24,000 bases of DNA from Candidatus Dojkabacteria bacterium (GCA_012800885.1 JAAZIL010000047.1:5887-29886), one strand, 5' to 3'. Shown: positions 15,867-23,526, counted from the first letter of the stretch. Notes: a model not told the origin generated them from the letters alone. Program-made: numbers and translations.

Positions 15867-16133
15867 ATGGCACGTACAGTTGCAGCAGGAAGTGTAGTCA
15901 CATCGAGTAATGTTCCAGGAAAGAGGCTCGGTGTAAAAAAGTATGAAGGAGAGATGGTTAGATCTGGTAATATAATCTTAAGACAGAGAGGATCTGTTTT
16001 TCACCCAGGTAAAAACACCTATATGTCAAAAGATTTTACTATACATGCTAATACTAACGGTAAGGTAAAATTTAGAAAAATGTCTGGTTACAAAAGAGGT
16101 CAGTACTATGTAGATGTAGTGGAAAGTGTATAA
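15867..16133 (+). CDS. rpmA: 50S ribosomal protein L27
   Basis: 88 aa. GKRLGVKKYEGEMVRSGNIILRQRGSVFHPGKN...GKVKF aligns without gaps to bL27. The N-terminal tail is diverged (MARTVAAGSVVTSSNVP). Confidence 0.93.
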   Translation: MARTVAAGSVVTSSNVPGKRLGVKKYEGEMVRSGNIILRQRGSVFHPGKNTYMSKDFTIHANTNGKVKFRKMSGYKRGQYYVDVVESV

Positions 16134-16139
16134 TAGGTA

Positions 16140-16883
16140 ATGAAGAGAGAGAAATTTATTCAGATAGAGAGTAAAAATGCTATATTAGAGCTACTTAAAG
16201 AGGGTAGAGAATTTCAAAGTATCTATATTGCCGCTTCTGCATTTAAAGATGACAAGACTAAAGAGATTGTCAAGTTGGCAGGCCAGAGAAAAATTCCTAT
16301 GTTTAGAGTTCCTAAAAAAACTCTTATGCGAAGACTGAAAGCCTCAAGGTCAGAGAGTGTTGTGGGGATGATGTACTCTACGAATGTTTGGAACTTAGAA
16401 GAACTTCTAGAGAGTATTTATCGAGAGAGAAAGATTCCCTTCTTTTTAGTATTAGATGGTATTAAATATACTCAGAATATTGCAGCTATAATGAGGACTG
16501 CTTTTGCAACAGGAGTTAATGGAATTATTATTGATAACAGAGATGGGAATGTTGTTACTGATGAAACTATTAGGGTATCTATGGGTGCGGCAGAGAGAAT
16601 TCCTTTGGTAGAGATGAACCTATTTACAGCCATGAAGATATTAAAGAAGGAAGATATTAAAGTATTTGGAATTCATATGGAGGGTGAAGTCTATTACAAT
16701 GCAGATTTAACTGGTCCCTGTGCCTTTATTCTTGGAGCAGAAGATACAGGTATTTCGACAGGTATGCTAGAAAGAGCTGATAAGAGAATTTCAATTCCAA
16801 TGAGAGAAGGTATCGGCTCACTAAATGTTAGTGTGAGTGCAGGAGTATTAATGTATGAGAAGTTAAGACAAGAGGTAAGCTAA
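16140..16883 (+). CDS. rlmB: TrmH/SpoU-family 23S rRNA 2'-O-ribose methyltransferase (RlmB-like)
   Basis: 247 aa. N-terminal L30e-like substrate-binding region, then SpoU motifs LDGIKYTQNIAAIMRTAFATG, FILGAEDTGIS and ISIPM.EGIGSLNVSVSAGVLMYE. Confidence 0.85.
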   Translation: MKREKFIQIESKNAILELLKEGREFQSIYIAASAFKDDKTKEIVKLAGQRKIPMFRVPKKTLMRRLKASRSESVVGMMYSTNVWNLEELLESIYRERKIPFFLVLDGIKYTQNIAAIMRTAFATGVNGIIIDNRDGNVVTDETIRVSMGAAERIPLVEMNLFTAMKILKKEDIKVFGIHMEGEVYYNADLTGPCAFILGAEDTGISTGMLERADKRISIPMREGIGSLNVSVSAGVLMYEKLRQEVS

Positions 16884-17752
16884 TATTTATCATAATCTTG
16901 AACACCTAGCTTTTTAAGTAGATCTTCTAGTTCAGACTTACTCATAAACCTTATTATTATCCTTCCTCCTTTACTTAATCTTCTTACATTAGTAGTATAA
17001 CCGATTTTCTCTGTTAACATCTCTCCATACCTAAGTAAATCAGGGTAATCTGTTTGAATTCTCTTGTATTTAGCACTTCTTCCATAATTTATCTTCCTAA
17101 CCAGAGATTCTGTTTGTCTTACACTTAATCCTCTCTTGATTACAATATCTGTTGCTGCAATTAAGGAGTCATTATCTCTAATACCTAGTAGTGCTCTTGC
17201 GTGCCCTTCAGATATCGTTTCATTTAATACTGCTTCTTTTACAGGATCTGGTAATTTTAGTAGCCTAATTTTATTCGATATTGTTACTCTATTTAAACCA
17301 ACCTTTTTAGCTATTTCTAACTGAGGTAGACCGAATTCACTCTGTAATTGATTAAAGGCCTGAGCTTCTTCAATAGGGTTAAGATCTTGTCTCTGAATAT
17401 TCTCAATAATAGCTAACTCAAGCATCTCTTGAGGGGAAGATTCTTTAATTACAATAGGTACATACTTTAGACCAGCAAGTTGGGCTGCTCTGAATCGTCT
17501 TTCGCCTGCTATTATGAAATATTTTTCTGAATTTTTATCTTTAGTAACAATTAATGGTTGGATAATACCACTACCTCTAATAGAATCAGCTAAGCCGATT
17601 AATTCTTGAGGATCTATACTCATTCTAGGTTGAAATGGGTTAGGTAGTATTTTGTTAATATCAAATTTCTCCCTATATGCACTAGATGAATTATCTATTT
17701 GATGTGAATCAATTAGAGCGGCTAATCCTTTTCCTAATCTATTGTCTTCCAT
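16880..17752 (-). CDS. parB: Chromosome partitioning protein ParB/Spo0J
   Basis: 290 aa. LGKGLAALI, NPFQPR, GIIQPLIV and the ParB box IIAGERRFRAAQLAG, followed by an HTH region (QLEIAKKVGLNRVTISNKIRLLKL). Confidence 0.93.
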   Translation of the reverse strand: MEDNRLGKGLAALIDSHQIDNSSSAYREKFDINKILPNPFQPRMSIDPQELIGLADSIRGSGIIQPLIVTKDKNSEKYFIIAGERRFRAAQLAGLKYVPIVIKESSPQEMLELAIIENIQRQDLNPIEEAQAFNQLQSEFGLPQLEIAKKVGLNRVTISNKIRLLKLPDPVKEAVLNETISEGHARALLGIRDNDSLIAATDIVIKRGLSVRQTESLVRKINYGRSAKYKRIQTDYPDLLRYGEMLTEKIGYTTNVRRLSKGGRIIIRFMSKSELEDLLKKLGVQDYDKY

Positions 17753-17769
17753 ATTGTATTAATATTAAT

Positions 17770-18561
17770 TTAAAGAAATTTTTTAATAAACTCTCTAGCT
17801 AAAGAATTGTATGCTCTTGCACCAGTGGATTTACTATCGTATTGGAATATTGTTTTACCGTGTGAGGGTGCTTCTGAGAGCCTAACATTTCTAGGTACAA
17901 CAGTTTCAAATGCAGATTCCTTAAAAAAGTGTCTAACATCTTCTACTACACTTGAAGAGAGTTTAGTCCTACTATCATACATAGTGAGTATTACACCACC
18001 TAGCACTAGAGTAGGGTTAATACCTTTTATTAAATTCATAGTATTAATTAATTGACCGAGACCTTCTAAAGCAAAATATTCACATTGTATAGGGATCAGT
18101 AATTTATTTGAAGCACCTAGTGCATTGATAGTGAGTAATCCTAAAGAAGGAGGGCAATCAATTATTACAAGATCAAATTCATTTTTAATATCCTCTAGAG
18201 CTTTTTTAAGTAGTGTTTCTCTACTTAGCATATTAACCATCTCTATCTCTGCACCGGCTAATGAGAGATGTGAAGGTACTAGAAATAAATTGGGTGTTGA
18301 AGTAGTAACAAATACAGAGTGAATCGGTGTTGAATTAACTAATACATTATAGATATTCTTGTATGGAGCTTTTCCATCTGTATCCCAACTCTGTTTATCA
18401 AACTGTTGAGTAAATCCTAAACCGGAAGATAGATTCGCTTGAGGATCAAGATCTATTAACAAGACTTTTTTACCTTTTTTTGCAATAGCAGCACCTAAGT
18501 TCAATGTGGTAGTAGTTTTACCTACCCCTCCTTTCTGATTTGCAATTACAAAAATATCCAT
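17770..18561 (-). CDS. parA: Chromosome partitioning ATPase ParA/Soj
   Basis: 263 aa. Deviant Walker A NQKGGVGKTTTTLNL, plus LLIDLDPQ and IIDCPPSLG. Confidence 0.95.
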   Translation of the reverse strand: MDIFVIANQKGGVGKTTTTLNLGAAIAKKGKKVLLIDLDPQANLSSGLGFTQQFDKQSWDTDGKAPYKNIYNVLVNSTPIHSVFVTTSTPNLFLVPSHLSLAGAEIEMVNMLSRETLLKKALEDIKNEFDLVIIDCPPSLGLLTINALGASNKLLIPIQCEYFALEGLGQLINTMNLIKGINPTLVLGGVILTMYDSRTKLSSSVVEDVRHFFKESAFETVVPRNVRLSEAPSHGKTIFQYDSKSTGARAYNSLAREFIKKFL

Positions 18562-18572
18562 AACTTAATCTA

Positions 18573-19199
18573 TCATGTTTCACACTTTTCGTCTATATTG
18601 TACTGTTGATGATGTACCACCCGGAAGTATGGAAAAGGGAAATATACTACCCATGCCTTTCCCTTTATTTTATTCTTCTCAACAGGACCAAACTCTCTTG
18701 AGTCTGAACTATTAGGTCTGTTATCGCCACATACAAAGAATTCTCCCTCAGGGATAATAACTGTCTGCCCTTCATGAATATATGTACCTCCATTGGTAAT
18801 AATATTAGTATCTAGATAATCTGTCTCATCCAGTTGAGTCCCATTAATATATATTTTCCCATCCTTAATCATTAATTCATCTCCTTCGATACCGATTATC
18901 CTTTTAATAAAGTCCTGAGTATCTGAGTATTGAAAGATTATTACATCTCCTCTTTTAGGCTCAGATAATCGATATGAAATTTTATTAGCCATTAAGAACT
19001 CACCATTTTTGTATGTAGGATGCATAGAATTACCTACAACTTCATGTGGTGTCATAATAAAGAGATAGAGTACAATAGCGAGTACTAAAGCCACTAAGAT
19101 AGTTTCAATAAGAGAATATATAAATTTACCAATAGAGCCAAATATCTCTGTTATTTTAACTCTGGAGTCTAACTGCTCTTTGGTTTCTAATTCGTACAT
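18573..19199 (-). CDS. lepB: Signal peptidase I
   Basis: N-terminal TM helix, catalytic Ser box VVGNSMHPT, Lys box FIKRIIGIEGDEL and GDNRPNSSDSREFGPV. The ORF track begins at TTG 19202, but ATG at 19199 is more likely. This is the only gene here ending in TGA. Confidence 0.9.
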   Translation of the reverse strand: MYELETKEQLDSRVKITEIFGSIGKFIYSLIETILVALVLAIVLYLFIMTPHEVVGNSMHPTYKNGEFLMANKISYRLSEPKRGDVIIFQYSDTQDFIKRIIGIEGDELMIKDGKIYINGTQLDETDYLDTNIITNGGTYIHEGQTVIIPEGEFFVCGDNRPNSSDSREFGPVEKNKIKGKAWVVYFPFPYFRVVHHQQYNIDEKCET

Positions 19200-19226
19200 C
19201 AACTTGGGGCTTAAAAGTTTAATTTA

Positions 19227-19301
19227 TGGTACCGCTACGGGGAATCGAACCCCGGTTTACAGGATGAAAACCTGTTGTCCTAACCACTAGACGATAGCGG
19301 C
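19227..19301 (-). tRNA. tRNA-Glu (anticodon UUC), CCA encoded
   Basis: The minus strand reads GCCGCTA-TC-GTCT-AGTGGTTA-GGAC-A-ACAGG-TTTTCAT-CCTGT-AAAC-CGGGG-TTCGATT-CCCCG-TAGCGGT-A-CCA. There is a G1:U72 wobble in the acceptor stem. Confidence 0.92.
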
Positions 19302-19319
19302 ATACCTCCAGTGATTTTA

Positions 19320-19559
19320 CTACAATACAGGCTTTTTGTTAAGTTCTTTTAAGAGCTGTTGCTCCTCCTGAAAAGAAGCTCTCTGATATTCATTTAATTC
19401 TTTGTTATACACGTACCTTCTTCTACATTTACACTCTACAAGCTCTCTTCTTTCTGATAGTTTACCTAATTTCTTTGCTTTATCCAGTGGTGATGTACAT
19501 CCTACACACAATCTTTTCTGTATTAGTACTCTCTGAAACGGAAGTATTATCTTTTTCAT
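19320..19559 (-). CDS. Small hypothetical Zn-ribbon-like protein (79 aa)
   Basis: MKKIILPFQRVLIQKRLCVGCTSPLDKAKKLGKLSERRELVECKCRRRYVYNKELNEYQ... has a CxxC...CxC cysteine arrangement and a basic, helical C-terminus. The longer 101-aa ORF-track version is trimmed to Met23 because its first 22 codons overlap tRNA-Leu. Confidence 0.45.
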   Translation of the reverse strand: MKKIILPFQRVLIQKRLCVGCTSPLDKAKKLGKLSERRELVECKCRRRYVYNKELNEYQRASFQEEQQLLKELNKKPVL

Positions 19560-19582
19560 ATTAGTGTACTTAGTTAAATATG

Positions 19583-19668
19583 TGCCGAGGAGAGGACTCG
19601 AACCTCCAAGGGAAATTAATCCCACTTGCTCCTAAGGCAAGCGTGTCTGCCAGTTTCACCACCTCGGC
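19583..19668 (-). tRNA. tRNA-Leu (anticodon UAG), class II with long variable arm
   Basis: Acceptor GCCGAGG/CCTCGGC, anticodon stem CTTGC/GCAAG with loop CTTAGGA, variable arm GGGA-TTAATT-TCCC and T-arm GGAGG-TTCGAGT-CCTCT. No CCA is encoded. Confidence 0.93.
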
Positions 19669-19744
19669 AAGTATGGCTATATTTTACTAGATATCTTACT
19701 ATATTAATAGTATATTAGAGTAATATTAATTGAACATTATATTA

Positions 19745-20557
19745 ATGGAAATACTTCAAGATACTGAACAAAATGCTACAGAAACAGAAAGTTCTGTAGA
19801 GGAGAAAAATATTAAGCCTATATATAGGGGAGAGTGGGCAACACAATTAAATAATGGAGATTTGTTACCAGTAGGTGGTTCACTTTTTAGTGATGAATTA
19901 ACATTAAAGATGGAGTTAGATTTTGATAAATTCGATAATGAACTACTTACTCTGGCACCAGAATCTGTAAAAAAGAAATTTGAGAGAAACAGAGAGAGTA
20001 TCGAGAGTTCATTAGAAGCGATTGATTCTGATTTAGATCCATATCTATTTTTTCTCTGTTATGCAATGCAACAGACAGCTTTCAAGCTTCTTGAAGTTCA
20101 GGAAGAAGATACTGATTACTTCTCGAGACAGATAGATTTTTCAAATAAAAGGACAAAGAAATTATCCGATACAAAAGGAAATGCAGCGTGTGCAGAGATA
20201 GCAGCCCTAGGTCAATACCTATTACAGAGAGCTGGTCTTAAATCAACTTACGTTGGTGGTATAACGATGAGAGATCCTAAGGATACGAGTGAATATCCTG
20301 AACCTCACTCATTTCTTCTCATTGATAATCCTAATAATAATGGAACTTTAATTTTTGATATCTCAAGACCATTTAGTAATAAGAGTCCGAGGATATTGAA
20401 AACTGAAGTACCACTTACTTATGAGTTACTTGAGGGTAAACAAGATTTACTTGTAAGAGGTGATGATATTTTTGGAGGTACTAGTTTATGGTATGGAGTA
20501 GGTAAGCCAGTTGCAGGGGGACATAAGACGATTAGTGATGAGAGAATTAATAACTAA
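19745..20557 (+). CDS. Hypothetical cytoplasmic protein with a transglutaminase-like/NAT-like papain-fold Cys-His-Asp core
   Basis: 270 aa from ATG 19745 (the ORF track starts at TTG 19730). No signal peptide. The core is GNAACAEIAALGQYLLQRAGLKSTYVGG (Cys149), then 39 aa on to EPHSFLLID (His188), then 17 aa on to LIFDISRP (Asp205). The order and spacing match the transglutaminase-like/arylamine N-acetyltransferase triad. Confidence 0.5.
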   Translation: MEILQDTEQNATETESSVEEKNIKPIYRGEWATQLNNGDLLPVGGSLFSDELTLKMELDFDKFDNELLTLAPESVKKKFERNRESIESSLEAIDSDLDPYLFFLCYAMQQTAFKLLEVQEEDTDYFSRQIDFSNKRTKKLSDTKGNAACAEIAALGQYLLQRAGLKSTYVGGITMRDPKDTSEYPEPHSFLLIDNPNNNGTLIFDISRPFSNKSPRILKTEVPLTYELLEGKQDLLVRGDDIFGGTSLWYGVGKPVAGGHKTISDERINN

Positions 20558-20560
20558 GAA

Positions 20561-20719
20561 TTAGCTCTCCTCTATATCTCCAACTATACTTCCATACACC
20601 TTAACATAACCATCTTGAGTATATTTAGCATTATTTAATACTTCTTGCTGTGTTAGACATTTAGAAGTAACATCATCTCTTAAGCCTGAGAGAGGTATAT
20701 GTTTTTTTGTTTTATCCAT
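20561..20719 (-). CDS. gatC: Half-size GatC-like protein (52 aa), matching only the C-terminal half of Asp/Glu-tRNA amidotransferase subunit C
   Basis: Not in the ORF track because it is under 60 aa. The translation is MDKTKKHIPLSGLRDDVTSKCLTQQEVLNNAKYTQDGYVKVYGSIVGDIEES*. It aligns to the GatC C-terminal half as I recall it from Bacillus and Staphylococcus (...H.L....v.RED......l..e..l.NA....dG.f.VP.I.). The ATG overlaps the gatB stop (ATGGATAA). An in-frame TAA lies immediately upstream, so it cannot be extended. Confidence 0.6.
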   Translation of the reverse strand: MDKTKKHIPLSGLRDDVTSKCLTQQEVLNNAKYTQDGYVKVYGSIVGDIEES

Positions 20720-22226
20720 TTAATTTCTCCTCTAGAATCAATTTAGCCTTATTTGGATCTGTGCTACCTTCTGTTTTATGCATAACTTGCCCCACTAAGA
20801 AACCTATGGTGGCATTTTTACCATTTTTGTAATCATTGACAGCTTTAGGATTCTCCTGAATCACACTCTCTACAATAGTATCAAGATTCTCAATACTCTT
20901 TTTACTCTGTTCTATAGTCTCTTGTATTAATTTCTTCAAATCTTTCTTTTTTTCTAAAGACTCTTTTAGAAGCTCTTCAGCCTTGTTTCTAGTTAAGACT
21001 TTCTTCTCAAATTCAAGAATTAGATATGAAAGAGAGGGCAGTGGAATAGTATCTTCATTTATATCAATACCTTTCTCATTAGAGATTGCAAATACTGCAC
21101 CGGTTAACCAATTTGAAGAAGCCTTTGCTGCCTTCTCTATAGGCATTTCTTTAGAGAGTATCTTTAGAAGTTTTTCATAATATTCTGAGACACGTCTATC
21201 TGCAGTAAGAACTCTACTATCGTAATCAGAGAGAGAGAATTCAGAAACATATCTAGTTCTTTTCTCATTAGGCAGCTCTACTAATTCTTTAGCAATTTTT
21301 TCAATATCTTCTGTAGTAATATCGATTAGAGGGACATCTGGATCTGGTGTGTAATTATAGTCTTCTGCTTCCTCTTTCATTCTTTGATATTCAGTTATAC
21401 CTTTCTCTGCATTCCATCCTCTTGTTTGTTGTTCTATTCGTCTACCTTTTTCTAATTCTGATATTATCCTATTTACTTCAAAATCAATGGCTTTCTCTAC
21501 TGCCGATATGGAACCTATATTCTTAATTTCTACTTTAGGATTAAGTGAGTAATCTCCCAAAGGTAATATTTTCCCATCTTCGTATTTCCACTTGCCTCTC
21601 TCCTGTAGTGAGATATTAGGTTCACATCTCATCTGTCCTTTCTCCATATCAGCATCAGAGATATCAAGGTATCTTACTAGTTGCCTAATTGAATTTGCAT
21701 ACTCTTTAGCTAAGTAAGCACTTTTTATATCTGGCTTTGTTACTATTTCAAGTAATGGTACTCCTGCTTTGTTATAGTCTATTAAGAAATAATCTTTATT
21801 ACCTTCTTTATCACGAATTAGTTTAGCAACATCTTCCTCTGGATGAATTCTCTCTATTTCAATAGTATGCTTTTTATCTTTTTCATCATATACATCTATC
21901 TCTCCATCAGAACATATTGGTCTGTCGTATTGAGTAATTTGATAACCTTTTGGTAAATCAGGATAAGAGTAGTGCTTCCTGTAGAAAGCTATTTCATTAG
22001 CTATATCACACTTAGTTGCAAGGCCAAGTAGAATACATAACTCTACAGCCCTTCTATTTGGAAGTAATATCTCTGTATTTGGCAAGCCTAAACATATGGG
22101 GCATGTCTGAGTATTAGGATCTTTCCCAAAGTAATTAGCAGGGCATTTACAGAGCATTTTACTCTCTGTCTTGCACTGTATATGTATCTCTAAACCGATA
22201 ATTACGTCGTATTCTTTATTATTCAT
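20712..22226 (-). CDS. gatB: Aspartyl/glutamyl-tRNA(Asn/Gln) amidotransferase subunit B
   Basis: 504 aa. YDVIIGLEIHIQ, CPICLGLPN, YDRPIC, RCEPNISL, and a C-terminal YqeY-like tail GFLVGQVMHKTEGSTDPNKAKLIL. Confidence 0.95.
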   Translation of the reverse strand: MNNKEYDVIIGLEIHIQCKTESKMLCKCPANYFGKDPNTQTCPICLGLPNTEILLPNRRAVELCILLGLATKCDIANEIAFYRKHYSYPDLPKGYQITQYDRPICSDGEIDVYDEKDKKHTIEIERIHPEEDVAKLIRDKEGNKDYFLIDYNKAGVPLLEIVTKPDIKSAYLAKEYANSIRQLVRYLDISDADMEKGQMRCEPNISLQERGKWKYEDGKILPLGDYSLNPKVEIKNIGSISAVEKAIDFEVNRIISELEKGRRIEQQTRGWNAEKGITEYQRMKEEAEDYNYTPDPDVPLIDITTEDIEKIAKELVELPNEKRTRYVSEFSLSDYDSRVLTADRRVSEYYEKLLKILSKEMPIEKAAKASSNWLTGAVFAISNEKGIDINEDTIPLPSLSYLILEFEKKVLTRNKAEELLKESLEKKKDLKKLIQETIEQSKKSIENLDTIVESVIQENPKAVNDYKNGKNATIGFLVGQVMHKTEGSTDPNKAKLILEEKLNG

Positions 22227-22265
22227 ATAGGTAAAATATTAACAAAAAAAAACAGATTTCACAAA

Positions 22266-23357
22266 TTATCCAAATATTTTTATCTCTTCTCGTAGCCTAT
22301 CTTCTTCCAATGTGTCCAGATCAGGTATTATGTAAAAAGTTCCTCTTCCTTTCCCTCTCTGTTGAATATATTCTTTTTCAAGTAATTCTTGCAGATCCCT
22401 ATATGAGGTCATAAAGGAAACTCCCATCATTTTTGTATACTGTTGTCTTGTTATTCTTGAATTACTGTTTAAGTACTCAATTATTTTTACTTGTCTTGGA
22501 TTTAAATCTTTACTAATATGTTTTCTAATGTTTACCTTTGTATCATACTCATTAGTAAATACATTAGATGCTTCTATTACAACAAGAGAGAGAGAGTAGA
22601 GTACTGCTTCAATAAATACCGTTAAATCTTTTTTACCTTTAGAGATTTTGAAAGCAGACTCTATATCTTCATTAATTAAGAAGAATGCTTTTGCAAATGG
22701 AATAATATTATGTGGGTTTAGATTATATATCTTGGCGAGTATTTTTAACGTAGAGATTGAAGTTATCTGATTACCTGCATAGAAAGGAGCTTTATCAATA
22801 AATTCATACAACAGAATACTTAGTTGTATAAGTTTATGTACTCCTGTGGGGGAGTTTACTATCCATTTAAAAATTGTATTAAAATACTGTTCTGTGTTTA
22901 GTGTAGGATAGTAATCTCTGTACTTGTACCACATATCATACTGCTCAAAAGGTTTCTCAGAGAATGTTTTAATTTTGCCTAAATCCCACTCTTCAACTAA
23001 TCCCTTCATTACTATCTTGTTAATATGGGTACTAAGCTCTATAGAAGGTTTTAAGGGACTCTTAGCAGTATATGTGTCAATATAGTCTTGGATATTTTTG
23101 TAATTTGTAAATATTCTTAACTTCATTTTAGTAGAAGGCATTACTTGACCCCTCTGTACGGCTAATGATTTGTTGTATCCGATAGGGTAGGATATAAGCT
23201 CACCCAACTTATCAATATCATCAGTTCGAAACTGTTCTCTTGTTTGCTCCAGCAGAGGACTTGGGATTACAATCTGATTAATTGCTTGAATAGCTAACTC
23301 ATACTTTACAATGTATTGTAATATTAAGTTTGTAATTGTATATTTGAATTCTTTCAT
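22266..23357 (-). CDS. Fic-family-like protein with degenerate active-site motif and C-terminal winged-HTH
   Basis: 363 aa from Met13 of the track ORF; the first 12 codons approach or overlap tRNA-Thr. The Fic-core position reads FIDKAPFYAGNQITSISTL against the consensus HPFxDGNGRxxR (His, Asp, Gly and both Arg replaced; P, F, G, N kept). N-terminal SPLLEQT resembles the Fic_N SxxxEG(T) motif. The C-terminal wHTH is LNPRQVKIIEYLNSNSRITRQQYTKMMGVSFMTSYRDLQELLEKEYIQQRGKGRGTFY. Confidence 0.6.
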   Translation of the reverse strand: MKEFKYTITNLILQYIVKYELAIQAINQIVIPSPLLEQTREQFRTDDIDKLGELISYPIGYNKSLAVQRGQVMPSTKMKLRIFTNYKNIQDYIDTYTAKSPLKPSIELSTHINKIVMKGLVEEWDLGKIKTFSEKPFEQYDMWYKYRDYYPTLNTEQYFNTIFKWIVNSPTGVHKLIQLSILLYEFIDKAPFYAGNQITSISTLKILAKIYNLNPHNIIPFAKAFFLINEDIESAFKISKGKKDLTVFIEAVLYSLSLVVIEASNVFTNEYDTKVNIRKHISKDLNPRQVKIIEYLNSNSRITRQQYTKMMGVSFMTSYRDLQELLEKEYIQQRGKGRGTFYIIPDLDTLEEDRLREEIKIFG

Positions 23358-23369
23358 AATCTGAATAAA

Positions 23370-23442
23370 AGCTGGTGGATGGATTTGAACCAACGACCAA
23401 TCCCTTACGAAGGGAGCGCTCTACCAACTGAGCTACACCAGC
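23370..23442 (-). tRNA. tRNA-Thr (anticodon CGU)
   Basis: The minus strand reads GCTGGTG-TA-GCTC-AGTTGGTA-GAGC-G-CTCCC-TTCGTAA-GGGAT-TGGTC-GTTGG-TTCAAAT-CCATC-CACCAGC-T. There is one U:U mismatch in the T-stem and one C:U at positions 27:43. No CCA is encoded. Confidence 0.85.
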
Positions 23443-23526
23443 GAACGTAACATATTGTAACATAATATAGGGGCAATATACATAGCAAATATTCTCTCTT
23501 TCTCCTTTTTATGTATAAATGAGAAA

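Noticed and set aside
18576-18591. Possible parS site next to parA (TGTTTCACACTTTTCG)
   Set aside because: Only the left half matches the TGTTTCAC-GTGAAACA consensus and the right half is unrelated, so it is not a palindrome. I found no full parS-like 16-mer by eye in or around parAB.
16880-19202. Replication origin or DnaA-box cluster near parAB
   Set aside because: I saw no TTATCCACA-type boxes, no dnaA, dnaN, rpmH or rnpA, and no sizeable non-coding AT-rich spacer. The presence of parAB alone is not evidence for oriC in this window.
19560-19625. N-terminal 22 codons of the 101-aa track ORF (MGLISLGGSSPLLGTYLTKYTN)
   Set aside because: This stretch overlaps the 3' part of tRNA-Leu (19583-19668) on the same strand, so I trimmed the CDS to Met23 at 19559.
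19203-20560. tRNA-flanked block (Zn-ribbon ORF plus transglutaminase-like gene) as an integrated mobile island
   Set aside because: There is no integrase, recombinase or phage gene. I found no direct repeat of a tRNA 3' end, and the composition looks the same as the flanks.
4686-21180. Seven other 61-92-aa track ORFs (4686-4883, 6304-6582, 15253-15447, 17136-17324, 17807-18055, 18125-18322, 20983-21180)
   Set aside because: Each lies antisense inside a confidently identified gene (prfB, gpmI, the methyltransferase, parB, parA twice, gatB), and none has a motif of its own.
23358-23393. N-terminal 12 codons of the 375-aa track ORF (MVQIHPPAFIQI)
   Set aside because: This stretch overlaps the acceptor and T arm of tRNA-Thr (23370-23442) on the same strand, so I trimmed the CDS to the next Met at 23357.
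23443-23526. 84-nt spacer between tRNA-Gly(CCC) and tRNA-Thr, containing AAAAAGGAGAAAGAG and a 16-codon ORF (MYIAPILCYNMLRSLV) on the minus strand
   Set aside because: The ORF runs into the tRNA-Thr acceptor stem and is tiny. SD-like strings are not used elsewhere in this window. It is more likely plain spacer, possibly with an internal promoter, which I cannot support.
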